From positions 1-59,498 of the forward strand of contig JAZOLF010000150.1 of NCBI GenBank assembly GCA_045652785.1: DNA of 59,498 bases, read 5' to 3'. The notes under the pieces are model-generated. The model was not told the origin of the DNA and did not search any database. It saw only the letters and a list, made by a program, of their open reading frames with translations. How positions within the stretch are numbered: the stretch's first letter is position 1; each line of letters begins with the position of its first letter. The translations under genes and the position numbers were made by a program. This DNA comes from Candidatus Scatosoma sp. GTDB lineage: Bacteria; Bacillota; Clostridia; Christensenellales; Borkfalkiaceae. This document shows positions 9,522 to 19,400 of the stretch, piece by piece.

Positions 9522-10250
9522 TTAGTGCCCCAAAATATTTTGGAGCGCAGGGGTAATTTGCGCCGTAACGACTTCGTATCCCGTGGCGGTCAAGTGCCCG
9601 CCGTCCGTGGTATAGCCATCGTACACTTCCCCGATGGATACGTCGTAGAGCGGTGTAAATAGATCCACAAACGCAAAGCCGTAGCGATCCGCAAGCAGGC
9701 GAATACTTACGTTATTATATGCCGCTTTTTGGTTGTTTTTACCCCAGTACTCACCGCCCATTGCTGTCAGCGACAAAACCACTACTTTGGTTTGCGGCAG
9801 GTTGGTCTTCAACCCATGCAAAATCCGTTCGTAGTTGTCCAGCATTGTGTCAAAATTGTTTGCGCCGATGAGCAGAACCGCCACCTGCGGTTTTAAATCA
9901 TACACCGAAACCTGCAAGCGGTTTTCTAAATCAAAAGTCGTATCCCCGCCGATACGGCGGTTCACTGTAAGATACTGCGGATAGTAGGTTTGTAAATCAT
10001 ATCCATCCGTCAGGCTGTCGCCAAGGAACGCAACTTCCACTTCGTAATCATCGTATTCCGCATTTTCCTTTTCGTACTGCGCCATTTTCGCCGCACGGTA
10101 GTTGGCAACCATCTGTTGCCATTTCTTTTGCTTTTGATGATCTTTGATGGCTTTGCCGACGAACACGCCCCCTACAACCAGCGATGCCGCAAGCATAGCC
10201 GTCACGATGATTCGCCAAACCTTCTTTTTCACGACGACACCTATCCGCAT
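9522..10250 (-). CDS. membrane-anchored SGNH/GDSL-family hydrolase (esterase)
   Basis: N-terminal TM helix (IIVTAMLAASLVVGGVFVG). Block I FLGDSLTDG, block III LLIGANNF, block V DGGHLT. Confidence 0.75.
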   Translation of the reverse strand: MRIGVVVKKKVWRIIVTAMLAASLVVGGVFVGKAIKDHQKQKKWQQMVANYRAAKMAQYEKENAEYDDYEVEVAFLGDSLTDGYDLQTYYPQYLTVNRRIGGDTTFDLENRLQVSVYDLKPQVAVLLIGANNFDTMLDNYERILHGLKTNLPQTKVVVLSLTAMGGEYWGKNNQKAAYNNVSIRLLADRYGFAFVDLFTPLYDVSIGEVYDGYTTDGGHLTATGYEVVTAQITPALQNILGH

Positions 10251-10330
10251 AAAAAATATCTATTTTTTATCTGGTTTTTAATACTTTGGACTATTATAAC
10301 ATAGCCTTTTGTAAATTGCAATACCCTTTT

Positions 10331-10361
10331 GAAAGAAAAAACACCCATTTCAGGGTGTTTT
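10331..10361 (-). terminator. rho-independent terminator after the 839-aa lipoprotein gene
   Basis: Stem aaaacaccc / gggtgtttt (10338-10346 / 10353-10361), followed on the minus strand by TTTTTCTTTC. Confidence 0.6.
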
Positions 10362-10377
10362 GTTTGTTTTTAGCGTA

Positions 10378-12897
10378 TTAGCCATCCAGTCTTTGCACTT
10401 CACCGCCGCCAACCGGTACAACGTACAAATGCGCGTCACCCGCCAACTGCGATTTATAGTCCACAAAGTATAACTTATCTTCCACAATAACAAATTCCAT
10501 TGCGTAGTAGCCGCTGGATTCCGCAAGGAGTGCCGTTCCTGCCGTTGCCGTCGTCACGATTGCCGAAACCTTAAACAAACCGTTTTTCGCCGTCTTCGTG
10601 GTATCCGAATAGTAATAAACATAGCCGTCTTTGTATTGAATGGATACAGGGTCAACGTCTTCTACCATCACTATTTTTTCCGTACCATCCAACTTACAAC
10701 GGGACAACTGCTTATTCGCCCAAACCAGACCATACATATCACGATAATACAAATACGTTCCGTCCGTATCAAATGCGGTAGTATGGATTTCCTTCCCATC
10801 GACTTTTACCGTGGTGTCCGTTTGCGTTTGCATATCGTAGCAATGAATGTTGTTGCCATCTACAAAATACAACTTACCATCCACAACGCGCAGGTTGGTG
10901 ACGCCCTTATCGTAAACGATTACGTCTTCTGTACCGTCCAACCTACATTGATGGATTGCCGTTTTTGCACCCGCCGCATTTTCTTCAATATAGTACATGT
11001 ATTCGCCGTCTACGCAGAATTCAAACGCGGAATAGGTGCTGATTTTTACCAAATTGCCGCCCGTCTTCAAGTTAACGCTATATACGTCGTTGTTGACAAG
11101 CGTGGTGACCATATTTACAAACAATACGTCGCCGACAATGTTGAAATCTACCACTTTATCTGTGGTAACAGCGTAGTTCAACTTCGTTGCAGGGTTATAG
11201 CAATGCAAAGTTTTCCCGTCCCAAATATCCAAATAGTAGATATTGCCGCCGTAAGTCTGCATTTTGCTACCCGTGCTGATGGGGGTACCAGGTTCGGGTC
11301 TGGTGAATCCATCCAAAAGGTTAACAGCATTTTGGTTAGACAAGTTATACTTCATCAACTTATAACCGTCCACGTCGTAGTAATACAAGTTCGACCCGTC
11401 GTACGCCAACGAGCAAACCCCCATTTCACTACCTTCAATCACTCTTTCCCCAGGAAGATTGTTGTCCACAAGCGGAGAAGTACTTACTGCATAAATACCA
11501 TTCCCGATTACGCTGGTTGAGAACTTATCCACATTGACGTAGTACAACTTATTATCGACAACCGTCAAGGAATCCCCCGCATCCGTCGTCAGCTTTCTAC
11601 GAACTCCAGAAGAAATGGTGTACTTTTCAATGTAGTCCCCGAGCAAATTGTTCACGGTGTAGTACAACACGCCGTCCGCATAGGTGAGATTGTTGATTTT
11701 TTCGTCCACCACCAACGTTCTGGCTTGTTCCACTCCACTCACGTTAATTTTGGAAAGCTTGTTGCCGTTTGCACCGTCCGCAAAATACAATTCGTTGCCG
11801 ATCAGTTTCAAATAGTGTGCTTTCCCTACACTCAAGCAAGTGGTCACAGGTTCTTCACCGCTAAGATCCGTTTTATAGATCCCCGATTTGTCGTTGAACA
11901 AACCATTCGCGGCGTAATAAACCGTTTCACCACTTATGTTGGCATACCGCATATTGGCCATCGTAAATATGTTTTGTGTCGCAGCAGAGCCATTAGTATA
12001 AGTAGCCGTCTTCACGGAAGAAATCAAAGAAGCCTTGCTTACATACGCGATACCGTCTTCGTAAGGGATTATATCCACCGCTTGCGCGCTGCTTACTTTG
12101 ACGAGTTCTCCCGTTGCCGTATCGTAGAGATACAGCTCGTTATCATCCATCGCGTTTTGGAAATACAGTTGACCGTCTGCGGAATACGCCATGAACCGCT
12201 CTTCGTCGTTTGCCGTAATTTTCAAGGTCGCTTGCAAAACAAGTGTATTATGGTTTTTATCTTGAATGGTCGCCGTAATGTTGTACGAGCCGATTTCCGT
12301 TGCAGAGTTCGTCACACCGACTACGTCACTCGTATAAATGACAGCTGCCGTCGTAGGCAAAGACCCCGCAATCGCAATTTTATGCGGATTACCGTCGTAT
12401 TCAAAGGACGCACCTTCAAAAGTAACACCGGTTAGGTCCACGGGGTTGATCACCAGTTGCGCCGTCGCGGTGTAATCGTTATAACCTGCCTTGCTCACTT
12501 TTACGCCGATAGTATAGGTGCCCACATCCACGTAGGGGCCCGCGTTCGTATAGGTCACCGTTGCGTCCGCCGGTGCACCTGCAACTGCCAACGTGTGTTC
12601 CAACCCATCATAGTCAAGCGTGTTGCCAACGAAAGAAATCCTTTCAAAATCCTTATTTTCAGGGATCGGATCGTCGGGAGTACTGTCACCGGGGGTACTA
12701 TCGTCGGGAGTACTGTCCGCAGGCGTGCTGTCCGTAGGAGTACTATCGTCAGGCGTGCTACCATCAGGGGTACTATCCGCAGGAACAGTTGCGCTCTGCG
12801 TATCACCATCTCCGCTACCGCCACAAGCGGAAAACGCGCAAACAGGCATCACGCATGACGCCAAAGCAATCACTAAAAACCGCCAAAACTTCTTCAT
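10378..12897 (-). CDS. lipoprotein with (DSTPx)n linker, two MBG-like domains and a DUF5050-like beta-propeller
   Basis: Lipobox AFSAC-GG. YDG..H-type MBG-like segments (LDYDGLEHTL, FEYDGNPHKI). Many repeats of the LYY/IYY..D...KL.K type (LYFADGANGNKLSKINVSG, LYYVNVDKFS, IYYLDIWDGKTLHCYN). Confidence 0.6.
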   Translation of the reverse strand: MKKFWRFLVIALASCVMPVCAFSACGGSGDGDTQSATVPADSTPDGSTPDDSTPTDSTPADSTPDDSTPGDSTPDDPIPENKDFERISFVGNTLDYDGLEHTLAVAGAPADATVTYTNAGPYVDVGTYTIGVKVSKAGYNDYTATAQLVINPVDLTGVTFEGASFEYDGNPHKIAIAGSLPTTAAVIYTSDVVGVTNSATEIGSYNITATIQDKNHNTLVLQATLKITANDEERFMAYSADGQLYFQNAMDDNELYLYDTATGELVKVSSAQAVDIIPYEDGIAYVSKASLISSVKTATYTNGSAATQNIFTMANMRYANISGETVYYAANGLFNDKSGIYKTDLSGEEPVTTCLSVGKAHYLKLIGNELYFADGANGNKLSKINVSGVEQARTLVVDEKINNLTYADGVLYYTVNNLLGDYIEKYTISSGVRRKLTTDAGDSLTVVDNKLYYVNVDKFSTSVIGNGIYAVSTSPLVDNNLPGERVIEGSEMGVCSLAYDGSNLYYYDVDGYKLMKYNLSNQNAVNLLDGFTRPEPGTPISTGSKMQTYGGNIYYLDIWDGKTLHCYNPATKLNYAVTTDKVVDFNIVGDVLFVNMVTTLVNNDVYSVNLKTGGNLVKISTYSAFEFCVDGEYMYYIEENAAGAKTAIHQCRLDGTEDVIVYDKGVTNLRVVDGKLYFVDGNNIHCYDMQTQTDTTVKVDGKEIHTTAFDTDGTYLYYRDMYGLVWANKQLSRCKLDGTEKIVMVEDVDPVSIQYKDGYVYYYSDTTKTAKNGLFKVSAIVTTATAGTALLAESSGYYAMEFVIVEDKLYFVDYKSQLAGDAHLYVVPVGGGEVQRLDG
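12667..12780 (-). repeat. imperfect 15-bp tandem repeat encoding ADSTPDGSTPDDSTPTDSTPADSTPDDSTPGDSTPDD
   Basis: Read directly from the sequence: seven to eight pentapeptide units just after the lipobox of the 839-aa protein. Confidence 0.8.
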
Positions 12898-12947
12898 TTT
12901 ATTTCTCCTTATTTATATTTATCGTTCTTTTAATCAAATCACCAACA

Positions 12948-13811
12948 TTAAAACGTTTCTGTTTCGTCGGGGCGCAGGAAACTCTTGCGGAGCGCGAAAG
13001 GATAAACGAATACACTCACAATCAAACACAGCACCAACGCCAACAACGCACATGCGACGCCCAAAAGGAAACCGAGAATCCAAAACGCCAACTTAACCGT
13101 CAGCAACCAAATAATGCCATCCAAATCTAAGGTGAAAATCAAGCCCGGAAACTTAACAAAGCCCCAAGACAACACTTCCGCGAACATTTCCCCGACAAAG
13201 TTATTCTTTAAGAACAAACAAGAAATGAACGGGAAGAATAAAATGGAAATCCCGCAAAACGTCAAGGTGGTTTGCGCGTCCCATGCTCCCGAACCAGCAA
13301 TCGAAAAAATCAGCAAAAGCGCCGTGATAATACCACTCCATATGTATGATTTCTTTCTTTGACCTGCGCTGTACTCAATCGCCGCCCTTTTCTTCGCTTC
13401 TTTTTGTTTCTTCTCACAATCCTTACACAGCACTCTCGTACCCGATCCGCCAAAGCGTTCACGAACAATGTCTGAGGCTTCATAAAGGGGCTTATTACAA
13501 CTCTCACATACCGCAAGAACAGGTTTCGGCGGTTGCGGCGCGGCCACGGGCTTCGTGACTTGCTCAGCAACAACGGGCTGGACAGGTTGCGCAGGTGCGG
13601 CAGCTTGCGCGACTGCTACTTCTTCACCTACAAGCGCGCTCACGCTTACGCCAAAAATCTTTGCGAGTAACGACAACGTGCCCACCGAAGGTTCCACTTC
13701 GCCGTTTTCCCATCTCGACACAGCTTGCGGCGTCACAAAAAGTTGTTCCGCTAATTCTTTTTGGGTTAAACCCTTTTCCATTCTTAATTGTTTAATGGTT
13801 TCGCCTAACAT
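12948..13811 (-). CDS. XRE-family HTH regulator tethered to the membrane (HTH, Pro/Ala linker, CxxC..CxxC ribbon, ~4 TM helices)
   Basis: MLGETIKQLRMEKGLTQKELAEQLFVTPQAVSRWENGEVEPS is a typical HTH_3 sequence. CESCNK...CKDCEK follows, with a hydrophobic C-terminal third. I placed the start at the second Met because AAGGAGAA precedes it; the ORF track starts at 13853. Confidence 0.75.
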   Translation of the reverse strand: MLGETIKQLRMEKGLTQKELAEQLFVTPQAVSRWENGEVEPSVGTLSLLAKIFGVSVSALVGEEVAVAQAAAPAQPVQPVVAEQVTKPVAAPQPPKPVLAVCESCNKPLYEASDIVRERFGGSGTRVLCKDCEKKQKEAKKRAAIEYSAGQRKKSYIWSGIITALLLIFSIAGSGAWDAQTTLTFCGISILFFPFISCLFLKNNFVGEMFAEVLSWGFVKFPGLIFTLDLDGIIWLLTVKLAFWILGFLLGVACALLALVLCLIVSVFVYPFALRKSFLRPDETETF

Positions 13812-14185
13812 ATAAAAAAGTTCTCCTTGCTTTTTTCTTTTATTGTACAACACAAATAAACAAAATGTTAACTTTTTTCGCTCAACAATCCGTTGAACTT
13901 ATCAACAAAAAGTGGAATTGCCTTTTATCAAGCTTTTTTCGGCTTTTTGTATAAAAAAAAAGCGCTGCCTGCAAAGCAGACAGCACTGACAAAAGTGTTT
14001 TTTCGCTTTGCTGCGACACAAAACATACATCATTTATCAAAAAAGATTTCTGTAACGCGAAAAAGGTACACTCCTATCCGAAGTATACTTTTTTGATAAA
14101 TCAGTTCTGGTCGCATTTTTATTGTACCGCTTTTTCTAATATCTGTCAATATCTTTTACAAAAATATTTGTAAAGATTGTAAAAA

Positions 14186-14983
14186 TCATTTTAAGATTTG
14201 GCGGATGGCAAAGCATTGTAAACGCTTGGGAAGAGCGTTCAAAAGCAACAAAAGTTTGTTGCGGTTGATCGAATAATGGAATTTCGGCTTTCTTTTTTGC
14301 AGAATTTTTGCCGTTTTTTGCGCGATTTTTTCAGGGGAAATGCACTTAGATTCCACCCCGTCCACTACTTTTTTGAACCGTTTTGCATTGCATTGATAGG
14401 TCTTTGTCCGCGCGCAAAACCGATCAAGTGCCGACGTCGAAACGCCAAGCATCCCTGTCGAAACCGCCCCCGCGCGCAGAACGGAAACGTCCACGCCAAG
14501 TAGTTGCAATTCCATCCGCAAAGAGTAGGCGTACTTATCCAGCGCACTTTTTGTGATGGCGTAAATCCCCGTAAAAGGTAAGGGATCGAGCGGCGCAAGT
14601 TCGCTGGTCGTCAGCAAAATTCGGCTGCCCGATTTTAAGAGCGGCATAAACGTTTTGTTGATATAGAATGCACCGTAAACGTTGATTTTAAAAATGCGGT
14701 CAAAGTCCTGATCAGACATCTCCACCAACGAATCGAGCATATACACGCCCGCAAAATGCACAATGGCAAAAAGCGAATCCGTTTCCTTGCAAACCCGCTC
14801 AAAAGCCGCCTGTATGCTTACCGTGTCGGTAACGTCCGCTTGCACGGGAATCATATTTTCTTCCGCTGCGCCAACCAATTTATCCAGCGCGAAAACGGTG
14901 TATCCGTCCGCCGCCAAACGGCGAGCCGTCGCCAAACCCATACCGCCGTATGCGCCCGTGATTAAAACATATTTTCTTTCCAT
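14186..14983 (-). CDS. short-chain dehydrogenase/reductase (SDR)
   Basis: TGAYGGMG (TGxxxGxG) near the N-terminus and the catalytic YAITK (YxxxK). 265 aa, TGA stop. Confidence 0.85.
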   Translation of the reverse strand: MERKYVLITGAYGGMGLATARRLAADGYTVFALDKLVGAAEENMIPVQADVTDTVSIQAAFERVCKETDSLFAIVHFAGVYMLDSLVEMSDQDFDRIFKINVYGAFYINKTFMPLLKSGSRILLTTSELAPLDPLPFTGIYAITKSALDKYAYSLRMELQLLGVDVSVLRAGAVSTGMLGVSTSALDRFCARTKTYQCNAKRFKKVVDGVESKCISPEKIAQKTAKILQKRKPKFHYSINRNKLLLLLNALPKRLQCFAIRQILK

Positions 14984-15100
14984 AGCCCTTGTTTTTTACT
15001 TGTTTTTACGTTCAACGCGAACCTGCCCGCATCTTTTTATGAAAACAGACAGGATTCACACACAAAAACAAGCCCCTTTTTTGTGTCTATTTTTTGTTAT

Positions 15101-15133
15101 ATACAAAAGAGACAGCCGTTTTATGGGCTGTCT
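15101..15133 (-). terminator. terminator-like hairpin after the Gfo/Idh/MocA gene
   Basis: 8-bp stem agacagcc / ggctgtct (15110-15117 / 15126-15133), followed on the minus strand by CTTTTGT. Confidence 0.5.
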
Positions 15134-15141
15134 TCTATTGT

Positions 15142-16416
15142 TTACAATTCTACTACGCTACGCGTTTTACGGCTTTCTTCTGCCGCAAAAACAAGCAAGT
15201 GGCTTGCCACCGAATCATCCAAGTAGGTGATCGAAGACGACGCCTTTTCACCGTTCAAATAACGAACGATGTCGTGCATGATACCGTAGTCACCGCCGCT
15301 GTGGCCGCCGTATTTGGCGTTATTTACTACTTGGTTGGACAGGTCGATAACTTCTTCGGTATAGGACACCGTAGCCGCTTTATACGAACGATAAATGAGT
15401 TTATCTTCTTCCAGTTTACCTTCGAGTTCCCCTTCCGTGCCAACGATGTGCAAGTATCTTGCAGGACGTACCGTACCACAGGACAATGTGAACGTTGCAA
15501 CGCTGCCGTCCGCAAAATCCACCAAAACGTTTTGACGGTCCATCAAGTCACCACCGCAGGTGTACGCACACTTGCCGTATTTGTGTTGACGAAGGAACGC
15601 TTCCTTTTCTTCGGGGGTGATTTGGTCGTAAGGTTTATCGAGATGATCCCAAACCAAGAACGGCATCGTGTCGTTGTGGTAGTACATATCCACCGAGTTA
15701 TATTGACAGGTTGCCTTGTGGGGACAATCGAAACAGTATTCGGTTGCGCCTGCGGGAGCATTTTGGGGAACAAAGTGCGCGCGGTGGCCAAAGCAGGAAA
15801 CCGCCTGTGCCTGTGCGCCGTTCAACCATGCAACCAAATCCATATCGTGACAGCATTTTGCAAGTAAAATGGGGCTGCCGCATTCCGCTTCGCTCGACCA
15901 TTTGCCGCGAACGTAACTGCTCATATAATGGGGCACCCAAACGTGTTCGTTCATTTCCATAGAAACGACTTTTCCGAGTTTTCCCGATTCGAGCATCGCT
16001 TTTACCGTCTTGTAGAAAGGACTGTAACGCAATACGTGGCACACGAATACTGCACAGCCGATTTCCTTTGCCGCACGTTGAATATCAAGCAATTCCTTAC
16101 GGTTTGCAACAATCGGCTTTTCAAGGAGCATATTGCGCTTGGACGCCAAAATTTCCATCGCAGTTTCGTAGTGTACTTGGTCCATCGTCGCATTCACGAC
16201 AATATCTACGTCCAACCCCGACGCCAAAAATTGTTGATATGTGGTAAACACTTGCCCATCGGACAAGCCGTATCTTTCTTTTGCTACTTGCAGTTTATAG
16301 GGGTTGGTGTCGATGATTGCGGTCACTTCTAATTCCTGCGGTTCATCCAAAGAATAGTCCGCATAAACCTGCCCGCGGTTGCCGTATCCTACAACTGCTA
16401 TTTTGATTTTTTTCAT
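15142..16416 (-). CDS. Gfo/Idh/MocA-family NAD(P)-dependent oxidoreductase (last gene of glycan locus 1)
   Basis: The N-terminal Rossmann start MKKIKIAVVGYGNRGQ is typical of the family. I placed the start at Met17 of the ORF-track protein (RBS AAGAAGGG), because the upstream part overlaps a hairpin. Confidence 0.8.
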   Translation of the reverse strand: MKKIKIAVVGYGNRGQVYADYSLDEPQELEVTAIIDTNPYKLQVAKERYGLSDGQVFTTYQQFLASGLDVDIVVNATMDQVHYETAMEILASKRNMLLEKPIVANRKELLDIQRAAKEIGCAVFVCHVLRYSPFYKTVKAMLESGKLGKVVSMEMNEHVWVPHYMSSYVRGKWSSEAECGSPILLAKCCHDMDLVAWLNGAQAQAVSCFGHRAHFVPQNAPAGATEYCFDCPHKATCQYNSVDMYYHNDTMPFLVWDHLDKPYDQITPEEKEAFLRQHKYGKCAYTCGGDLMDRQNVLVDFADGSVATFTLSCGTVRPARYLHIVGTEGELEGKLEEDKLIYRSYKAATVSYTEEVIDLSNQVVNNAKYGGHSGGDYGIMHDIVRYLNGEKASSSITYLDDSVASHLLVFAAEESRKTRSVVEL

Positions 16417-16435
16417 AGTACCCTTCTTTGTTATA

Positions 16436-16461
16436 GGGAAACCGACTGAGATCGGTTTCCC
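16436..16461 (-). other. intercistronic stem-loop (10-bp perfect stem, 6-nt loop)
   Basis: gggaaaccga-ctgaga-tcggtttccc lies between the stop of the 1319-aa gene (16477) and the oxidoreductase start. There is no U-tract, so it is more likely a stability or attenuation element than a full terminator. Confidence 0.4.
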
Positions 16462-16476
16462 CACAACCTATTTTGT

Positions 16477-19400
16477 TTAGTCTTCCTTCTTCTTCAAAAG
16501 CGTTGCCGCTACGCCGAGCATCATGATCGCCGCCGCCATACCGCTTGCTACACCAGAGCAGCCAGATTTTGCAGGGGATTCTTCCGAACCGGTGCTGCTG
16601 GTAGAACCAGAGTTGCTGGGTTGTTCGGGTTGCTTTTCAGGAACTTCCGCCAAAGCCGCTTCGAATGCTGCAACCAACGCGTTAACGTCTTCTTCGGATT
16701 CAGCCGCCGCGATAGCCGCTTTCACGTTTGCATATAAGGTAGCGATAGCCGCCATACCTTCGTCGTCGTACAAGTCAGGATCAATATCCTTCTTCAAGTT
16801 ATCAACGGTCGTGTTTGCTGCCGCTTTTACAGCGTTCAACGCTTCGGTTTCTACTTCTTCCTTCGTCTTGATTTCGTCGATAGCCGCTTTTGCACCTGCT
16901 ACGATTTCGTCAATCGCTGCTTCGGATTCAGCCGCTTCGATTGCCGCTTTTGCAGCCGCGATGATTTCCGCCTTTTCGGTTGCTTGCGCTTCCAAGTAAA
17001 CAACGTCTGCCATGTAGGTTTCTACGTCCGCTTTTGCCGCTTCCACAATGATTGACTTGATAGCGATACCGTCGATACCAGCCTTCGTGTTTGCTACTGC
17101 GGTTGCAATTTCCGCTTCGGTGGTTGCCGCCGCGATAGCCGCATTACCTTCTTCGATAATTTCAGCCTTCCAAGCCGCTTGTTCAGCAAGGTAAGCAACG
17201 TCCGACTTGTAGCCTGCAATTTCCGCATAAGCCGCCGCCTTTACAGCCGCGAGTTCTTCGTCCGCCCATTGAGCAGCCGTCTTCAAAGCGTCGATAGCCG
17301 CTTTTGCGTTATTCACAGCCGTATCAACGTCTGCTTCGGTAGCCGCCGTCAAGATTTCCGCTTTTGCGGTTTCGATGAGTGCCAAACGTTGATTTTCTTC
17401 GTTTTCACGGAACAAACCAGCCTTGTAGCCTTCGAGTGCAGTTGCTTGTTCTTCGCCGTAAGCCGCTACGTATTCTTCATAGTTTACGAAACCGTTTGCA
17501 GTATTGTACAGCGTGACGTCTTCCTTCAATTCATACATAATGTAAACGGGGTTGCCGTTAACGCCCTTCAATTCCATCATCGCACGCGTGGGGAACCTTG
17601 TACCTGCGGGAATGGTGATGGTTTCAACGTCGTCTTTTGCAACGTAGATTTGGAATGCAAAGTAGCCTTTGCCGTTTTCGCCCAAGTTGAACAAACCGTA
17701 GTACTTCACTTGATCCGCTTCGCCGTTTACAAGAATCTTACTCGTGTACATATTCGTGTAAGAATAGTTGGGTTCGGTTCCCACTTGCGAGCCGTTACCA
17801 AGATAGTCGTCGCCTACGAAGGAAACGCCAAGGTAGCCGCAAGTACCATCGTGGCCTTGTACGTAACTTACGCTTTCAATCGACGTTTGTGCAACAGATT
17901 CGATACCATAAGCCTTGTCGGATACGCTGGTCACATAGGTAGCGCCTGCGCGATATACCACGTTGCTGGTCTTGGACAAGTAGCCATAACTGGGGATCAA
18001 AGCGCCTTCCTTAACGGTGATGGGAGATGCCCCACCAACGCCAGCGGCGGATGCTGCATCCATGTTCGTCTTGCCCATCGACAAATGGAACAACATAATG
18101 TTATCGGGTTCGCCCGTGTTCAATTCATAACCGTTGTCATAGCAAGCAACACAGCCCCATTCTGCAAGGGTCTTGCCGCCAACCATAATATGATCAAAGA
18201 AACCAAGTTTCTTCAAAATCAAGGACAAGTCACCATCGTATGTTTTTACGCCCGCGTTTGCATTCGTCCAGTCAGCACCGCCAAGAGTGACAGCCATCGT
18301 GAAGTTACCGTTGCCATACCAGCCTGCAATACGGCCGATGAATGCAACGTCGCTGGTCACATATGCTTCTGCCTCCGTGAGCAACATATCAATCGCTGCC
18401 TTTGCGCTTGCAAGTGCGTTTGCTACTTCCGCAGCTGTCGTAGCCGCATGAACAGCCGCCGTTGCTTCTGCCATGATTGCGCCCTTTTGGATGATTTCGT
18501 TCTGCGCATATACAACGTCTGCTTTGTAGCTTTCAATTTCCCATAACGCTTCTGCTACAACTGCGCTCTTTTCTTTCACGCCGTCGATCGCCGCCTTCGC
18601 GCCTGCAACTGCATCCGCAATTTCCGCTTCGGTGGTTGCCGCCGCTACCGCCGCCTTACCAGCCGCGATTGCCGCATCCTTTGCCGCTGCTTGTTCTGCG
18701 AAGTAAACTGCGTTTGCCTTGTAGCCTTCGATTTCTGCGTTTGCAGCCGTCTTAGCCGCTGCAAGTTCTTCGTCTGCGTATTGAGCCGCCGTCTTCAAAG
18801 CGTCGATGCTTGCCTTTGCGCTTGCAACGATTGCTTGCACTTCGGTTTCGGAAAGGGTTTCTACGAGTTGTGCTTTCGCAGTTGCTACGATTTCCGCGCG
18901 TTGCGCTTCTTCCGCTTCACGGAAAGCACCTGCCTTGTATGCGTCAAGTTCTACTTTTGCCGCGTCAAGGTAACCCGTTACGTATTCAGATTCTTCTACC
19001 CATTCGCCTGCCGCCGTCTTAACGTAGGAAACCGTTTCCTTTACAGCGTACGTTTCTCTTGCGCCATTCATCAATGCGTTATAGGTAGGGATTTGGCAGC
19101 CTGCCAAAACGGTAATCTTCGTTGCCGCCGCGCCTTGCGTGGTGTTAAATGCGATTACGCCCTTATTGCCCCATACGTTGAGCAATACTTCGCCCGCGGG
19201 GGAACCGAGCGCTACGTCGTTCACCAACACGTGGGAATAGAAGTTGGTGTTCGCAAGGAACGCCTTGATATCCACGCTGCCGCCGTTCCAGTTATCAATT
19301 TCGGTGGGATAGTCATGCGTAGCAAGTTTGATGAACGTGAAACTGCTGCCGTCTGTTTTTACGAACGCGGATTCAACCGTCGTTTCCTTTTCTACAAGGG

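Noticed and set aside
13893-14096. 67-aa plus-strand ORF in the SDR-XRE intergenic region.
   Set aside because: It has no RBS and a Lys/Phe-rich composition. It spans two hairpins and inverted repeats that are better explained as terminators of the minus-strand SDR gene.
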